Sequence record: NC_049392.1
Length of the DNA: 29,203 bases
Source: Escherichia phage ESSI2_ev239
Reading direction: 5' to 3' (one strand)
Below are positions 1 through 9,468 of this stretch, piece after piece. Under the pieces are notes generated by a model. That model did no database searches and was not told the DNA's origin. It saw only the letters and a list, made by a program, of their open reading frames with translations. The position numbers and the translations under genes were made by a program. Within the stretch, counting starts at the first letter, position 1, and each line of letters begins with the position of its first letter.

Positions 1-123
1 ATCATTGCCAGCGTACCGCTGGCCTTATTGAGCAGACCGATCCAGTTAAAACTGAAATCACCCACATCTGCGCCCAGCACTACGGAATAAACCACCCCGT
101 TTTCATTCACCACACCGGTGCGG
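1..123. repeat. Direct repeat, copy A: identical to 5096-5218 (internal tail-fibre coding segment)
   Basis: Base-by-base comparison shows identity over 123 bp, then complete divergence at 124 versus 5219. The repeat runs into the window edge and may extend further left. Confidence 0.9.
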
Positions 124-152
124 TGTAGCGCCGTTTTCGTCACTTCCGCCAT
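1..152 (-). CDS. Tail-fibre paralogue, N-terminal fragment (ORF runs off the left edge); possible second fibre gene or recombination remnant
   Basis: Minus-strand ATG at 150-152 opens a frame reading MAEVTKTALH followed by [40 protein letters not shown], identical to residues ~63-102 of the 524-aa fibre. An in-frame stop lies upstream at about 204-206; no clear Shine-Dalgarno. Confidence 0.35.
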   Translation of the reverse strand, partial: MAEVTKTALHRTGVVNENGVVYSVVLGADVGDFSFNWIGLLNKASGTLAM

Positions 153-306
153 TATTTCGTCGCGGCAGGCTGTATCAGCGCCTTGCTGCGCTACTGAAGT
201 TAATCAGGTTGGGATGAACGGGTGCAGATAATTACGGCGCTCAGAATGCGTCTGGTGAGGTCTGGTGGATACGATAAAGCCCGCATAATGCGGGCTGGTT
301 GAGTAA

Positions 307-2010
307 TCAGGCAATAATGTTCTGGTACTTGCTCCGGGTTTCTCCGGCTTTCGTGGCGGTCTGCGTGAATGATGCCGCATTGGTCGGTGTGCCGACGCTG
401 GGGTGTGAGTGACTGGCGCACTGCCTTGCCAGTTCTGCCAGTAAATCAATGGTATCCAGCATCATGGTCAGAGCGTTGATACTCTCACTGCCAATATGGA
501 CAGTTGCCCCCATGACCTGCTGACCGCCAGCGGCCACTGATTTACGCAGAGCGGCAATCTTCTCTGTCAGGCTTTCGCCAACCTCCACAGCTACAGCACC
601 GCCCACTTTAATGGACTGCTGTCCTGCTATGTCCGTTTCTTCGTTTCCTTCAATACTGGCCAGTCTGTTACCTTTCACCGCCTGGCTATAATCACCGGCG
701 CTTACCTGCTGGATAGCTCCGGCCAGCAGTGTGGCGGTTCCCAGTACCGTAGTTTTATCCGTGGCTTTCACCGTGGTTTCACGGCTGACCAGTTCGCGCT
801 GTTCCGTATCAGCTTTCACTGTTCGCGCCATTGATGTTTCGCTGATGGTCTGATCGGTCTGTCTTACCCAGTCCCCTGCCTGAGTCACCCGCTGGGAAAC
901 TTCTTCCCGCTGCTGCTGCAATTGCTCTCCGGGTTTAACGTTCGGCAGGCTGGTACCATCCGGCAGCGTCTGCCTGATAAAGGGTTTATCCGGTCTGCCC
1001 CCCGTGAATGCAACCTCAACCAGCGTCCCTTCTGGCGGAAACTGAAACATACCCGAATCATTCCCGGCCATCGGTACCGGCAACGGCACCGCTGAATAAA
1101 CAGGCGTCTGATTGTCCGGGTTTCCGTCTGCGTCAAGCAGCTGCACATCCACGGCGTAACGTGGCCGGAAGGGATCGGCAAAGTTACCGCTTTTTACCGG
1201 CTCTGAATGCGCCACGACTCTGGCCATCTTTGGCAAATGAAGCCCGGATGCCAGTTCCGGGTAATGGCTTTCAATCTGCCGTTGCGCCGGTGTTTTCTGC
1301 AAAGGTTTACCCGTTGCGCGGTTTCTCGGCGTCCATGTGATCGCCATCGTGTCATTCGTCAGGTGAACTTTAGTCACGCGTTCACCGTTCATCTCCACCC
1401 CTGGCCGCATAGTCTGGATCACTGGTAATGTCACAGAGTTACCTCCAGCAGCCCCCTGGCTGAACTCTGACGGGATTTCTACGGGACGACCGGCAAACAA
1501 TGATTTTTCTGCGCCGCCGACGTAAAGCGAACCATCAGGCAACTGGTACCAGATGTAATCCTGGATGCCGAACGCCCTGCCCAGATTGTTCAGCAACTGA
1601 TAGCCGGTACCGTTATGGGTGAAATGTGGGATAGGGGTATCGCTGTACTGTGCATCAGGCACACTGACCGTGATCCCGCTGTTTTCTTCCAGCCAGCTGG
1701 CTACCTCGCGTAAAGTTGGATGTTGAAACGAACATGGCCACATCCTTTCAAACACACCTACCAGCTCACGAATGAACAGACGCTGAAAACCGTTTTCAGC
1801 GGGCTGCGATCGCTCCACATACCCCGTAAACCAGCGCAAAAGCAGATCGGTATACCCCACATCCAGCCGCACCAGTTTTCCGGTGTAATCGGTTGTTGTC
1901 TCTGCGGTGATGAAGCCCCGGCCGCAGCTGTTCAGCTCCAGTACCAGGCTGGCATCCACCAGGTGAACTTCATCCGTTGAAAGGTAAAGGCGTTTTACTG
2001 GTTTCATCAT
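307..2010 (-). CDS. Putative baseplate hub / central spike fusion (gp27/gpD-like N-region plus gp5/gpV/VgrG-like OB-fold)
   Basis: 567 aa. Mid-region motif PEGTLVEVAFTGGRPDKPFIRQTLPDG resembles the conserved OB-fold signature of gpV/gp5/VgrG spikes. Start overlaps the upstream gene stop (ATGA coupling). Family assignment by eye only. Confidence 0.45.
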   Translation of the reverse strand: MMKPVKRLYLSTDEVHLVDASLVLELNSCGRGFITAETTTDYTGKLVRLDVGYTDLLLRWFTGYVERSQPAENGFQRLFIRELVGVFERMWPCSFQHPTLREVASWLEENSGITVSVPDAQYSDTPIPHFTHNGTGYQLLNNLGRAFGIQDYIWYQLPDGSLYVGGAEKSLFAGRPVEIPSEFSQGAAGGNSVTLPVIQTMRPGVEMNGERVTKVHLTNDTMAITWTPRNRATGKPLQKTPAQRQIESHYPELASGLHLPKMARVVAHSEPVKSGNFADPFRPRYAVDVQLLDADGNPDNQTPVYSAVPLPVPMAGNDSGMFQFPPEGTLVEVAFTGGRPDKPFIRQTLPDGTSLPNVKPGEQLQQQREEVSQRVTQAGDWVRQTDQTISETSMARTVKADTEQRELVSRETTVKATDKTTVLGTATLLAGAIQQVSAGDYSQAVKGNRLASIEGNEETDIAGQQSIKVGGAVAVEVGESLTEKIAALRKSVAAGGQQVMGATVHIGSESINALTMMLDTIDLLAELARQCASHSHPSVGTPTNAASFTQTATKAGETRSKYQNIIA

Positions 2011-2555
2011 TAACCCAAAGCATCATTGACGGGCTTCAGCACTTTGCGTTCAAACCACGTCAGTTTTTCTTCATCTTCTCCGGCAGACTGGCCACCGGAC
2101 TGTCCCGCACTACCGGCAGTCTGTTTTTTTGCGGTCGTCTTACCTGTTGCCCTGGCCTCTCGCTTTTCCTGCACGCTGATATGTTCCGCCAGTGTGAATG
2201 TCACCAGCCAGGCCATTTTCCCGTCCTGCTGGGGTGCATCCAGCATTCCGCTGAACGTTGCTTCACGAAAGTTAACAGCACGGGCAACTTCATGCGCCAC
2301 GCGGTACTTCTGACGATTACCACTGGTATCGGTAGCACTGGCCAGCTCAAAAATACGCTTCAGTATTTCAGGCTGTTTAAAAGGTATTTCACCGCTGATC
2401 CGCAGTTCCTTTCCCTTTGCTCCCTGCTCTGATTTTGTTGTGGCACTGGTCTGGCCGGACTGATCTTTATCCTGAAATTGCTGTGAAACAGTCACCCGCA
2501 TGTTTTTCAGCTGGATGGCCTCGCCATTAAGCGCCAGTGTCGGGATCGAAGTCAT
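2010..2555 (-). CDS. Hypothetical phage protein (tail-associated by position)
   Basis: 181-aa ORF translationally coupled to the hub/spike gene; Gly/Ser/Ala-rich C-terminus; no motif I can name. An alternative start at internal Met 19 would be near 2501. Confidence 0.4.
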   Translation of the reverse strand: MTSIPTLALNGEAIQLKNMRVTVSQQFQDKDQSGQTSATTKSEQGAKGKELRISGEIPFKQPEILKRIFELASATDTSGNRQKYRVAHEVARAVNFREATFSGMLDAPQQDGKMAWLVTFTLAEHISVQEKREARATGKTTAKKQTAGSAGQSGGQSAGEDEEKLTWFERKVLKPVNDALG

Positions 2556-3252
2556 GAATCATTCCCTTTATTCCATCAAGATTATCGCCAACCAGCATCA
2601 TGGCTGCGGTGTAAACGGCAGACTGCTGCGGAATGTCCTTCACCAGTTCCAGTAACGTGGTGCCGGTGTCTCCGCTGGCAGTAAAAACCCACGCTCTGGC
2701 ACTCTTCCCCTGTAAATCATTCAGGCCGCTGGCCACATCACTGATAAGCTGGTCACGCAGCTGCGTGAACTCGCCCAGCTGTTTTTTCAGCCCTTCGATA
2801 TCAAACCCGGCACCCGCCGCCTTTTGTGCCTGGCTGATTGCCGCAGCAGATAAAGCTGCCCTGCTGGTTGGTACAGACAGCGGAATGGACGCAGGTAACG
2901 CAGCGGCAGTTTTCGCAGGGATCTGCATCTTTTCAATAGCCAGCGCTGCGGCGGATTGCGCCAGCCGTTTGACCTGCGTGAATGCCGGGGCGGGGAAAAT
3001 CCCGACCAGGTTATTCAGGCTGGCCATAAAGTTTTCCTGCGTCTGTCCGGTGACCATCATAATCACCACATCCACATCCCCCCCTGTTCCGGCCAGGCGT
3101 TCAGCAAGATAGCGAACGGCATTAACCGGGCTGAGATATGCCCCGTTCGCTGTCTGCTGTCCCAGCCCATAAATCCACGGATGCGCAGGGACGATCGAAC
3201 AGTTCAGCGCAGCAACAGAATCCGTGAAGGCCAGACGTGCTTCACGCCACAT
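2527..3252 (-). CDS. Hypothetical phage protein (Ala-rich), downstream of tail fibre assembly gene
   Basis: Track ORF 2527-3288; start moved to Met 13 (MWREARLAF) to limit overlap with the upstream gene. No recognisable domain. Confidence 0.4.
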   Translation of the reverse strand: MWREARLAFTDSVAALNCSIVPAHPWIYGLGQQTANGAYLSPVNAVRYLAERLAGTGGDVDVVIMMVTGQTQENFMASLNNLVGIFPAPAFTQVKRLAQSAAALAIEKMQIPAKTAAALPASIPLSVPTSRAALSAAAISQAQKAAGAGFDIEGLKKQLGEFTQLRDQLISDVASGLNDLQGKSARAWVFTASGDTGTTLLELVKDIPQQSAVYTAAMMLVGDNLDGIKGMIHDFDPDTGA

Positions 3253-3829
3253 TTCCAGGCACCTCCGGCCACACAATTTCCGGCGCATCTTCCGGTTGAA
3301 TACGATTCAGTAAAACGCGGTATTTTTTCCATGCGGTAAGCAGCAGTGCTTCTTCTTCGGTTGCCATGTCTAAATCAACGGCATCCTGCAATGTGGCAAT
3401 GGCTTCATTGGCCTGTTTAAGCAGGCTTTTCTTTTCGGCGTCTGCCTCGCTGACCAATGCAATTCGCATGGCCTCCGCATCATCCACCCACGCCTTACCA
3501 TTCCATTTTTGCCAGGCATTAGCCGGGGCTGACGTGGTTGTCCCTTCCGGGTAAGCGCCTGGCTCGGTGATCACCAGTTCATTACCGTTTTCTGTATCAA
3601 ACACCACCTCACCACGATGATCCTCACGGGAAATCCATCTTTGCTTCTCTGAATCAAAAATTGCCACAAACCCCGCTTTGATTACCGGTGGTTTTATTGT
3701 GGTGCAGTTGGCTGGCAGTCCGGTATGCGCAGGAATAAAGGCGTCACCGGAACCAATAAATTCATTCGTATCGGAACGCAGGTTATAAACAGTAACTGTT
3801 TGATCGATTTCACTCATTTTAAAAGTCAT
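3242..3829 (-). CDS. tfa: Tail fibre assembly chaperone (Tfa; P2 gpG / Mu U / lambda Tfa family)
   Basis: 195 aa directly after the tail fibre gene; C-terminal KKYRVLLNRIQPEDAPEIVWPEVP matches the conserved Tfa C-terminal signature. Confidence 0.8.
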   Translation of the reverse strand: MTFKMSEIDQTVTVYNLRSDTNEFIGSGDAFIPAHTGLPANCTTIKPPVIKAGFVAIFDSEKQRWISREDHRGEVVFDTENGNELVITEPGAYPEGTTTSAPANAWQKWNGKAWVDDAEAMRIALVSEADAEKKSLLKQANEAIATLQDAVDLDMATEEEALLLTAWKKYRVLLNRIQPEDAPEIVWPEVPGNVA

Positions 3830-5403
3830 TATGCGAGTCTCACTATGTAGTTAAATGCAATGTTCTTAACGGTCGTTTCTGCGTTGCCCGACGCGGCGAC
3901 GGTAATGGTGTGACTGTGTGCGCCAATTGCTACGGTATGAGAGTGAGCGCCAATACCTACGGTGTGATTGTGTGCGCCAATGGCTACAGTGTGCGCGTGG
4001 TTTCCCGCCGAACTGGTGGCGGCTCGCCCCTGATCGCTACGTGGTACCCCCCAGTCACTACCACCTGATTGCACGTTCCCGCCATAACCAATGGTGTGCG
4101 TATGCGCTCCCGTGGTATTTGTCGTTTTCGTGCCATAGTCAAACGTGCTCGCCGTTTTAGTACCGTAATCAAAGGATGATGTTGGTTTTGTCCCCAGATC
4201 GGTACTGGATGCACTGGCTGTATGGTCATGAGATTTATTGCCATCATCTTCATAGGAGAGAACTGCGCGACCGTCTGGCTTTCCTTTGATTGTCTGGCGG
4301 CGCATGTCAGTAATAACACCCGATGGATACGCAGCAGCCAGCAATGGATATGCCGCCGTATTAAAAGACTGCCCCTGCATAATTGCCCATCCAGTAGGTG
4401 GGATATCCGTTGGCCATGGAAGCGGCACACCAACCGGCAGAACGTCACTGCGACTTAAAACGGCCAGTTCACCCAGATCCAGACTTTTTCTTGCTTTTAC
4501 CTTATCGTTAACATCAGCAAGGTTTGCATCCTTACGCAAAAAATCGCTGCTGGCCTGCTGTTCTCCCAGGCTACCTTTTGGCCGTAAATCCGTGATGTTG
4601 CCATCCACATCAATGCTGGCCACAGCAAACACATAATGCTGAACCCCGTTCTGAACATAATCAGCAAGATTTGCTGCCACCGTGATTTTGCTCTGCACAT
4701 TCCAGACACTGGTCAGCATCCCTGTCCAGCACACATCCAGCCAGACTTTTACCGGCTTTGCCGTCACCGTAATATTCTGATTCGCAGCCAGTGACGCACG
4801 AAGTCCAGCCACATACCCCGTGCCTTTCGTGACAAAAAACTGATTTCCGGTTTTGGCTACCAGATACCCGTTACCAAAAAACGCCGCCGCGCCATAAATA
4901 TCCATATTTTCCAGGCGCTGGCGCTCATCCATTCCGGCCATACGCGCAGTAAAATCAATCTGCCAGGTTTCAGCGGGTGTATTAATCCCGGTTTCCGTCT
5001 GTGCGCCGTTGTACTCCATCAGAAACGAGCGGGTCAGCACGTTCCCCTGTTGCCCTTCTTTTGTTTTCAGTTTCTGCTGTGATGGTGCATGGACAATCAT
5101 TGCCAGCGTACCGCTGGCCTTATTGAGCAGACCGATCCAGTTAAAACTGAAATCACCCACATCTGCGCCCAGCACTACGGAATAAACCACCCCGTTTTCA
5201 TTCACCACACCGGTGCGGGTAACAGATTGCCGGTGAACAATCTGTGCTGTCGGGGGCAACGCTTCATTGCGGTCAACAGGTGTATCCGGGTTTAAATCCG
5301 GCACACTGGCAAAAACAAATTCGTCCAGTAGTACCGGTTCACCCGTTGCGCCCTGCTGTGCTTTCCAGTTTTCAAACGCCAGTGTGATGGCTGTCTGTGA
5401 CAT
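3829..5403 (-). CDS. Tail fibre protein with His-x-His repeat tip
   Basis: 524 aa; conserved N-terminal attachment region; C-terminal repeats FDYGTKT and GAHxHTV(A/G)IGAH resemble HxH metal-binding tips of T4 gp37-type fibres. Followed immediately by Tfa. Confidence 0.85.
   Translation of the reverse strand: MSQTAITLAFENWKAQQGATGEPVLLDEFVFASVPDLNPDTPVDRNEALPPTAQIVHRQSVTRTGVVNENGVVYSVVLGADVGDFSFNWIGLLNKASGTLAMIVHAPSQQKLKTKEGQQGNVLTRSFLMEYNGAQTETGINTPAETWQIDFTARMAGMDERQRLENMDIYGAAAFFGNGYLVAKTGNQFFVTKGTGYVAGLRASLAANQNITVTAKPVKVWLDVCWTGMLTSVWNVQSKITVAANLADYVQNGVQHYVFAVASIDVDGNITDLRPKGSLGEQQASSDFLRKDANLADVNDKVKARKSLDLGELAVLSRSDVLPVGVPLPWPTDIPPTGWAIMQGQSFNTAAYPLLAAAYPSGVITDMRRQTIKGKPDGRAVLSYEDDGNKSHDHTASASSTDLGTKPTSSFDYGTKTASTFDYGTKTTNTTGAHTHTIGYGGNVQSGGSDWGVPRSDQGRAATSSAGNHAHTVAIGAHNHTVGIGAHSHTVAIGAHSHTITVAASGNAETTVKNIAFNYIVRLA
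5096..5218. repeat. Direct repeat, copy B (identical to 1-123)
   Basis: See copy A; lies within codons ~62-102 of the tail fibre gene. Confidence 0.9.
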
Positions 5404-5413
5404 AAAAACCTCC

Positions 5414-6007
5414 TTACAAACTCGCGCTGAATGTTGCGCTGCGGGCTTCCGTCCCTGCTAACGTCGCCGGGTAAACCACATATTCCCCCTGATCCCACCC
5501 GGCCCTGATAACCAGGCTTTCAGACGTGATCACCTCAAACTGATAACGGCGGCATGTTCGCCCGTACTGGCGGATTATCTGGATCAGCAGCTGCGTGTTG
5601 TCCGCAATCTGGCTGTCTGTCACCCGAACAAGAATCACATCCCAGTCGATATCCGGTTGCCGTTCTAACAGCTCCACATAACCAATTCCCAGCCGTTCAA
5701 AGATATTGATAAACCCCTCTACTGAACCGGCATCCCGCGCATTCACGAAGGCAAAAGCCACGCGTTTGCGGAACAGGGTCAACGGTTCACCATCAAAGCG
5801 GGTGATATCCCGGTCATAAGCCAGCAGATTCAGTAATGCCGGTGTACACGTCAGCGGATCAAACTGGTTCATTGGCCAGGTAACCCAGCCGTAAACCTCA
5901 GCCCAGAACCGCCGCGCCGCTTTCAGCAATTTCCCCGGTTCGCCTTTATTCATCCAGGAAGGCAAGACCATCCCGGCCAGCTTTTTCATGAACTCATTCA
6001 TTCTCAA
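5414..6007 (-). CDS. Baseplate/tail protein, gpI-like by position
   Basis: 197 aa between the J-like gene and the tail fibre gene, start overlapping the J-like stop. Assignment is by synteny with J-I-H order in P2-like and Mu-like baseplates. Confidence 0.45.
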   Translation of the reverse strand: MRMNEFMKKLAGMVLPSWMNKGEPGKLLKAARRFWAEVYGWVTWPMNQFDPLTCTPALLNLLAYDRDITRFDGEPLTLFRKRVAFAFVNARDAGSVEGFINIFERLGIGYVELLERQPDIDWDVILVRVTDSQIADNTQLLIQIIRQYGRTCRRYQFEVITSESLVIRAGWDQGEYVVYPATLAGTEARSATFSASL

Positions 6008-7178
6008 TATTCACCGTCAGTGATTTCAGACGCGGCACGCTCAGTTCACTGGTAATGTCTCCCAGCGAAAATGTCAGTGATTCCGTCTGTGCAAAGGTTT
6101 TATGAATTTCCCGCCCCAGTTGCGAAAAGGAAAACCGCGAATATGGCCACGTCTTTCTGACGTCATAATCAGCATTTTCACGAAAGGCACAGCGGATCAT
6201 GTTTTCAATGCCGCCCTTCAGCGTTTTCACTTCTTCATCGCTGAAGTTGTTCAGGTTTCTGACATAAACCGTGACGACCAGATCGTGAAGCGTTTCCGGC
6301 ATGGGATAGCACTGCATATCATCACCGTGGCCGTGATGCCCCTGCGTGTTGATATAGTCATTGACGGCATCCACGAACGGCGAAGAAGCCACCCCGCTGT
6401 CCAGCAACAGATACGCGTTGGCGGTACCGGGTCCCCTCGGCGCTTCATGTTCAAAGAAAATCCGGTCAATACTCAGCCCTGCAACGCCGGCAATCATCGA
6501 CCGGTAAACGGCGTCAGTGTGGTAATTCCCCACCAGATTGAACTGATTGCGGCAGCGTTCGCGCAGCTCGTCATCACTTTCTTCATCCGCGCCCGGTACG
6601 GTCAGCCAGTTTTCTTCGCTGGCCACGTGGCTGATACCGTCAACGGCAACCGGCAGAATGCGGTAATATCCCGGCGCAAGGTTATATGCGCCCCCGGTGC
6701 CGGTGGCTTTTACCGGCAGTAATGCGCTGGTCGTACCGGAAGCGATCACTACATCCTCACTGGTGGCCAGCTCATACACGCGACCGTTAATGCGCTCTGT
6801 CTGGATAACCGTCCCGGCTTTCACCGTCACCACCGCTCTTGCATCTTCTTTGAAGAAGCGGATCACACCCTGTGCCGCGCTCGCCGGTTTTGCCGTGACG
6901 TTCACCGCCCACGCCAGCAGACGCAACATGCTCCCGCTGGCCGTGGCCACAAACATGTTGGCCAGCACAGTGAACACCAGAACGTCTTTCAGCCACATTA
7001 CTGGTGCGGTCACAATGGCGGTGATTAACCGCCAGAACGGTGACATGCGGGACGTATTGGTGATGATGCCCTCCTCATCCGCGATCGCATTGAAGCGATC
7101 GCGAACCTCAGATTCCGTCACCGGCATCCCGCTGGCTTTCACCACTTCTTCAAAATCAACCTGGGGCTTTTCCGTCAT
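5994..7178 (-). CDS. Baseplate J-like protein (gpJ/gp47 family)
   Basis: Track ORF 5994-7232 begins at GTG; preferred start is the ATG of MTEKPQV near 7178, which overlaps the upstream stop (ATGA). Size and position fit baseplate J. Confidence 0.65.
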   Translation of the reverse strand: MTEKPQVDFEEVVKASGMPVTESEVRDRFNAIADEEGIITNTSRMSPFWRLITAIVTAPVMWLKDVLVFTVLANMFVATASGSMLRLLAWAVNVTAKPASAAQGVIRFFKEDARAVVTVKAGTVIQTERINGRVYELATSEDVVIASGTTSALLPVKATGTGGAYNLAPGYYRILPVAVDGISHVASEENWLTVPGADEESDDELRERCRNQFNLVGNYHTDAVYRSMIAGVAGLSIDRIFFEHEAPRGPGTANAYLLLDSGVASSPFVDAVNDYINTQGHHGHGDDMQCYPMPETLHDLVVTVYVRNLNNFSDEEVKTLKGGIENMIRCAFRENADYDVRKTWPYSRFSFSQLGREIHKTFAQTESLTFSLGDITSELSVPRLKSLTVNIENE

Positions 7179-7504
7179 AAATCCACCTGATATGAAAGCG
7201 TGCCAAAATCGTATGTGCTCGCGGTCACCCACAGCCGTTTCTGGCTTTCTTCACTGATTTCCACCGTTCCCGGCACAATGCGCTCATCGTTTTCAACCAG
7301 TAATTCCAGTTGTGTAAAAATATCTGCCCTCAGTGTCGGACTGCGTTCCGCAATTAATTGCGTGGCTAATCCGCTCTCAATAATGGCGTGAATAATGTCC
7401 TGCCCGATACTTTTTCGGTTATTGCATAATTCAGGCTCATTACCGGCATTTAATGAAAAGTCACCATTCTCAATAAGCAGGTCAATATAAAGGGCTTCAC
7501 TCAT
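7175..7504 (-). CDS. Putative baseplate wedge protein (gpW/gp25-like)
   Basis: 109 aa; ATG overlaps the tape-measure stop (ATGA) and its stop overlaps the J-like start. Size and position typical of gpW/gp25; sequence similarity is weak by eye. Confidence 0.45.
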   Translation of the reverse strand: MSEALYIDLLIENGDFSLNAGNEPELCNNRKSIGQDIIHAIIESGLATQLIAERSPTLRADIFTQLELLVENDERIVPGTVEISEESQKRLWVTASTYDFGTLSYQVDL

Positions 7505-9468
7505 ACACCCAGCTCCTGATATTCCATTAACTTGCCGGGCGACATCATTTCAGTTGGATAAATATTCACCGTATCAATTCTGCGGCTGTTATCCGTTACT
7601 GATTTAGAATTACTGCTAATTGTTTTACTGATACCGCCTTTATCAACGCCTTTTAATTCACCGCCAGTAGAAAGGGTATTCGTTGTCAGTGCTGGTTGAG
7701 ATTCGTTCGCCAGTGAAATATCGACGCCCGGAATTTTATTGAGTTTTCCGACAATCCAGTTCCACGATTTCAGGAACCCGCCTTTGATGGTCTGCCAGAC
7801 GTTATCAAACAGGGAGACAATCCCGCTGGCCATGCCGCTTAGCGCCTGTGACGGTGAAAAGCCGGTCAGCAGCGCAATAAAGCTGTTCCAGCCGTCCGTG
7901 ATCCATTGCCACGCCGCGGAAAACACGCCGGCAAGCCATTCCACCACACCAGCCACGGCGGTAAACGCTGCCGTATTCATCACCGCCGCTTTCACATCAT
8001 CCCAGTGTTTAATCAGCAGATAACACCCGGCAGCCAGCAGAGCAATCGCCCCGATAACCAGCAGAACCGGCCAGCTCATCAGGTTGATGCCAATACCGGC
8101 CATAATCGCCGCCATACGCACGGCCAGCAGCGTACCCCGCAGGAATTTCAGCGTCAGGTTCCACGCCACAACAGCCTTTGAGGCAATCCAGACAGTGGCC
8201 GCGTAAATCTTCGTGACCAGCGTCAGGGCGCTCCAGAGTCCCTTCAGTCCCACCAGGATAAATTTTGAGACGCCCATGACAATATTTGTCACCGCGCCCG
8301 CTGCCGCCACGCCAAACAGCGCAAGTTGCACGTAACCAATCACCCGCGCAATGTTGGGAAACATCTGCATCCAGCGTCCGAACGTCTGCCCCATATCGGC
8401 CAGGCGGTTCAGTACCGGGTACAGAACCGGGATCAACGTCAGTCCGATCACCGTCTGAATGGCTTTAAGGATTTGTACAAAGCGATCCCACGGCTTGACC
8501 AGCTTCCCGGCCATCTCCTGTGTACGCTTCAGCCCGTCAGAGCCGCCCAGTTCGGTGATATTACGCTGCAGTAACGCCACATTGCCGTACAGATGTTTTA
8601 TCACCGCTGAACTGTCACCAAATGCCGCATCCAGCTCCGCCTGGGCTTTCAGGTTCCCTTCCAGGCTTTTGCCGTATTTGCCCTGCAGCTTGATCAGCAT
8701 TTCAGGCATGGACAGCATTTTGCCGGTGGAGTCCGTGAAGGACAGCCCCAGCTTTTTAGCGCCCTCCATCGCGCCGGTCATGAAGCCTTCGTAAGCGCTG
8801 CTGGCTTCTGTTCCCAGCGTACGGTTGAGCTGCCCCAGCACCGCCAGCTGTTCATCCAGCCCGACGCCGTAGTTAGTCCCGACACCTCGCGCCCCTTCCA
8901 TCAGGTCTTTGATGGTACCCATTTCGGTACCGAAGACCTTGCGCATATACACCATTTTTCCCGCCAGTTGCTCGGCGAACTGGACTTTACCCAGCCGCGC
9001 CGCATCGGCGGAAAAGTTACCGTACATCTGCCCCATAAACTCTGCTGTGTCGGCGGATGTGGATTTCAGGGCAAATGCCAGCGTATTAGCGACCTTCGTC
9101 ACTTTCGGCAGCTCGCTGGCGGTAAGGCCGGCAATGGAAGCGTTAATGTTCTCTGTGGATTTGACGAACTCCACTGCGCTGGCACCGTAGGTCATGCTGA
9201 ACCGGAGCGCATCACGCTGTACGGTCTTTAATGCCTGATTATCAATCCCTTTTGCGGCGGCATCATTCAGCGCGTCGTACATTTCGATAGCCGGCGATAA
9301 CGCGCCTTTTATGGCCATCCCCGTACCGGCCAGCCCCAGCACGCCGCCGCCAATCTGCGAAAAGGCCGCTTTTGATTTTTCCGCAAAGCCGGTGACGCTG
9401 CCCTGCGCCTGTTTTAACGGGCGCGTCAGCTTATCAATCAGGCTTAATGTAAAATCTAACTGTTTCAT
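7501..9468 (-). CDS. Tail tape measure protein
   Basis: 655 aa, Ala/Gly-rich helical N-half and hydrophobic C-half (LAVRMAAIMAGIGINLMSWPVLLVIGAIALLAAG); directly downstream of the frameshifted chaperone. Confidence 0.8.
   Translation of the reverse strand: MKQLDFTLSLIDKLTRPLKQAQGSVTGFAEKSKAAFSQIGGGVLGLAGTGMAIKGALSPAIEMYDALNDAAAKGIDNQALKTVQRDALRFSMTYGASAVEFVKSTENINASIAGLTASELPKVTKVANTLAFALKSTSADTAEFMGQMYGNFSADAARLGKVQFAEQLAGKMVYMRKVFGTEMGTIKDLMEGARGVGTNYGVGLDEQLAVLGQLNRTLGTEASSAYEGFMTGAMEGAKKLGLSFTDSTGKMLSMPEMLIKLQGKYGKSLEGNLKAQAELDAAFGDSSAVIKHLYGNVALLQRNITELGGSDGLKRTQEMAGKLVKPWDRFVQILKAIQTVIGLTLIPVLYPVLNRLADMGQTFGRWMQMFPNIARVIGYVQLALFGVAAAGAVTNIVMGVSKFILVGLKGLWSALTLVTKIYAATVWIASKAVVAWNLTLKFLRGTLLAVRMAAIMAGIGINLMSWPVLLVIGAIALLAAGCYLLIKHWDDVKAAVMNTAAFTAVAGVVEWLAGVFSAAWQWITDGWNSFIALLTGFSPSQALSGMASGIVSLFDNVWQTIKGGFLKSWNWIVGKLNKIPGVDISLANESQPALTTNTLSTGGELKGVDKGGISKTISSNSKSVTDNSRRIDTVNIYPTEMMSPGKLMEYQELGV

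Noticed and set aside
200-449. Two overlapping minus-strand ORFs (73 and 81 aa) at the 5' end of the hub/spike gene
   Set aside because: They lie in alternative frames across the start of the 567-aa gene; no independent support.
1-5218. Diversity-generating retroelement (template/variable repeat pair) acting on the tail fibre
   Set aside because: The repeats are identical rather than differing at adenines, they lie in the conserved N-terminal region rather than the receptor-binding C-terminus, and no reverse transcriptase is present in the window.
1-5218. Mu G-segment / P1 C-segment style invertible tail-fibre cassette
   Set aside because: The repeats are direct, not inverted, and no serine invertase (Gin/Cin/Pin-like) gene is present.
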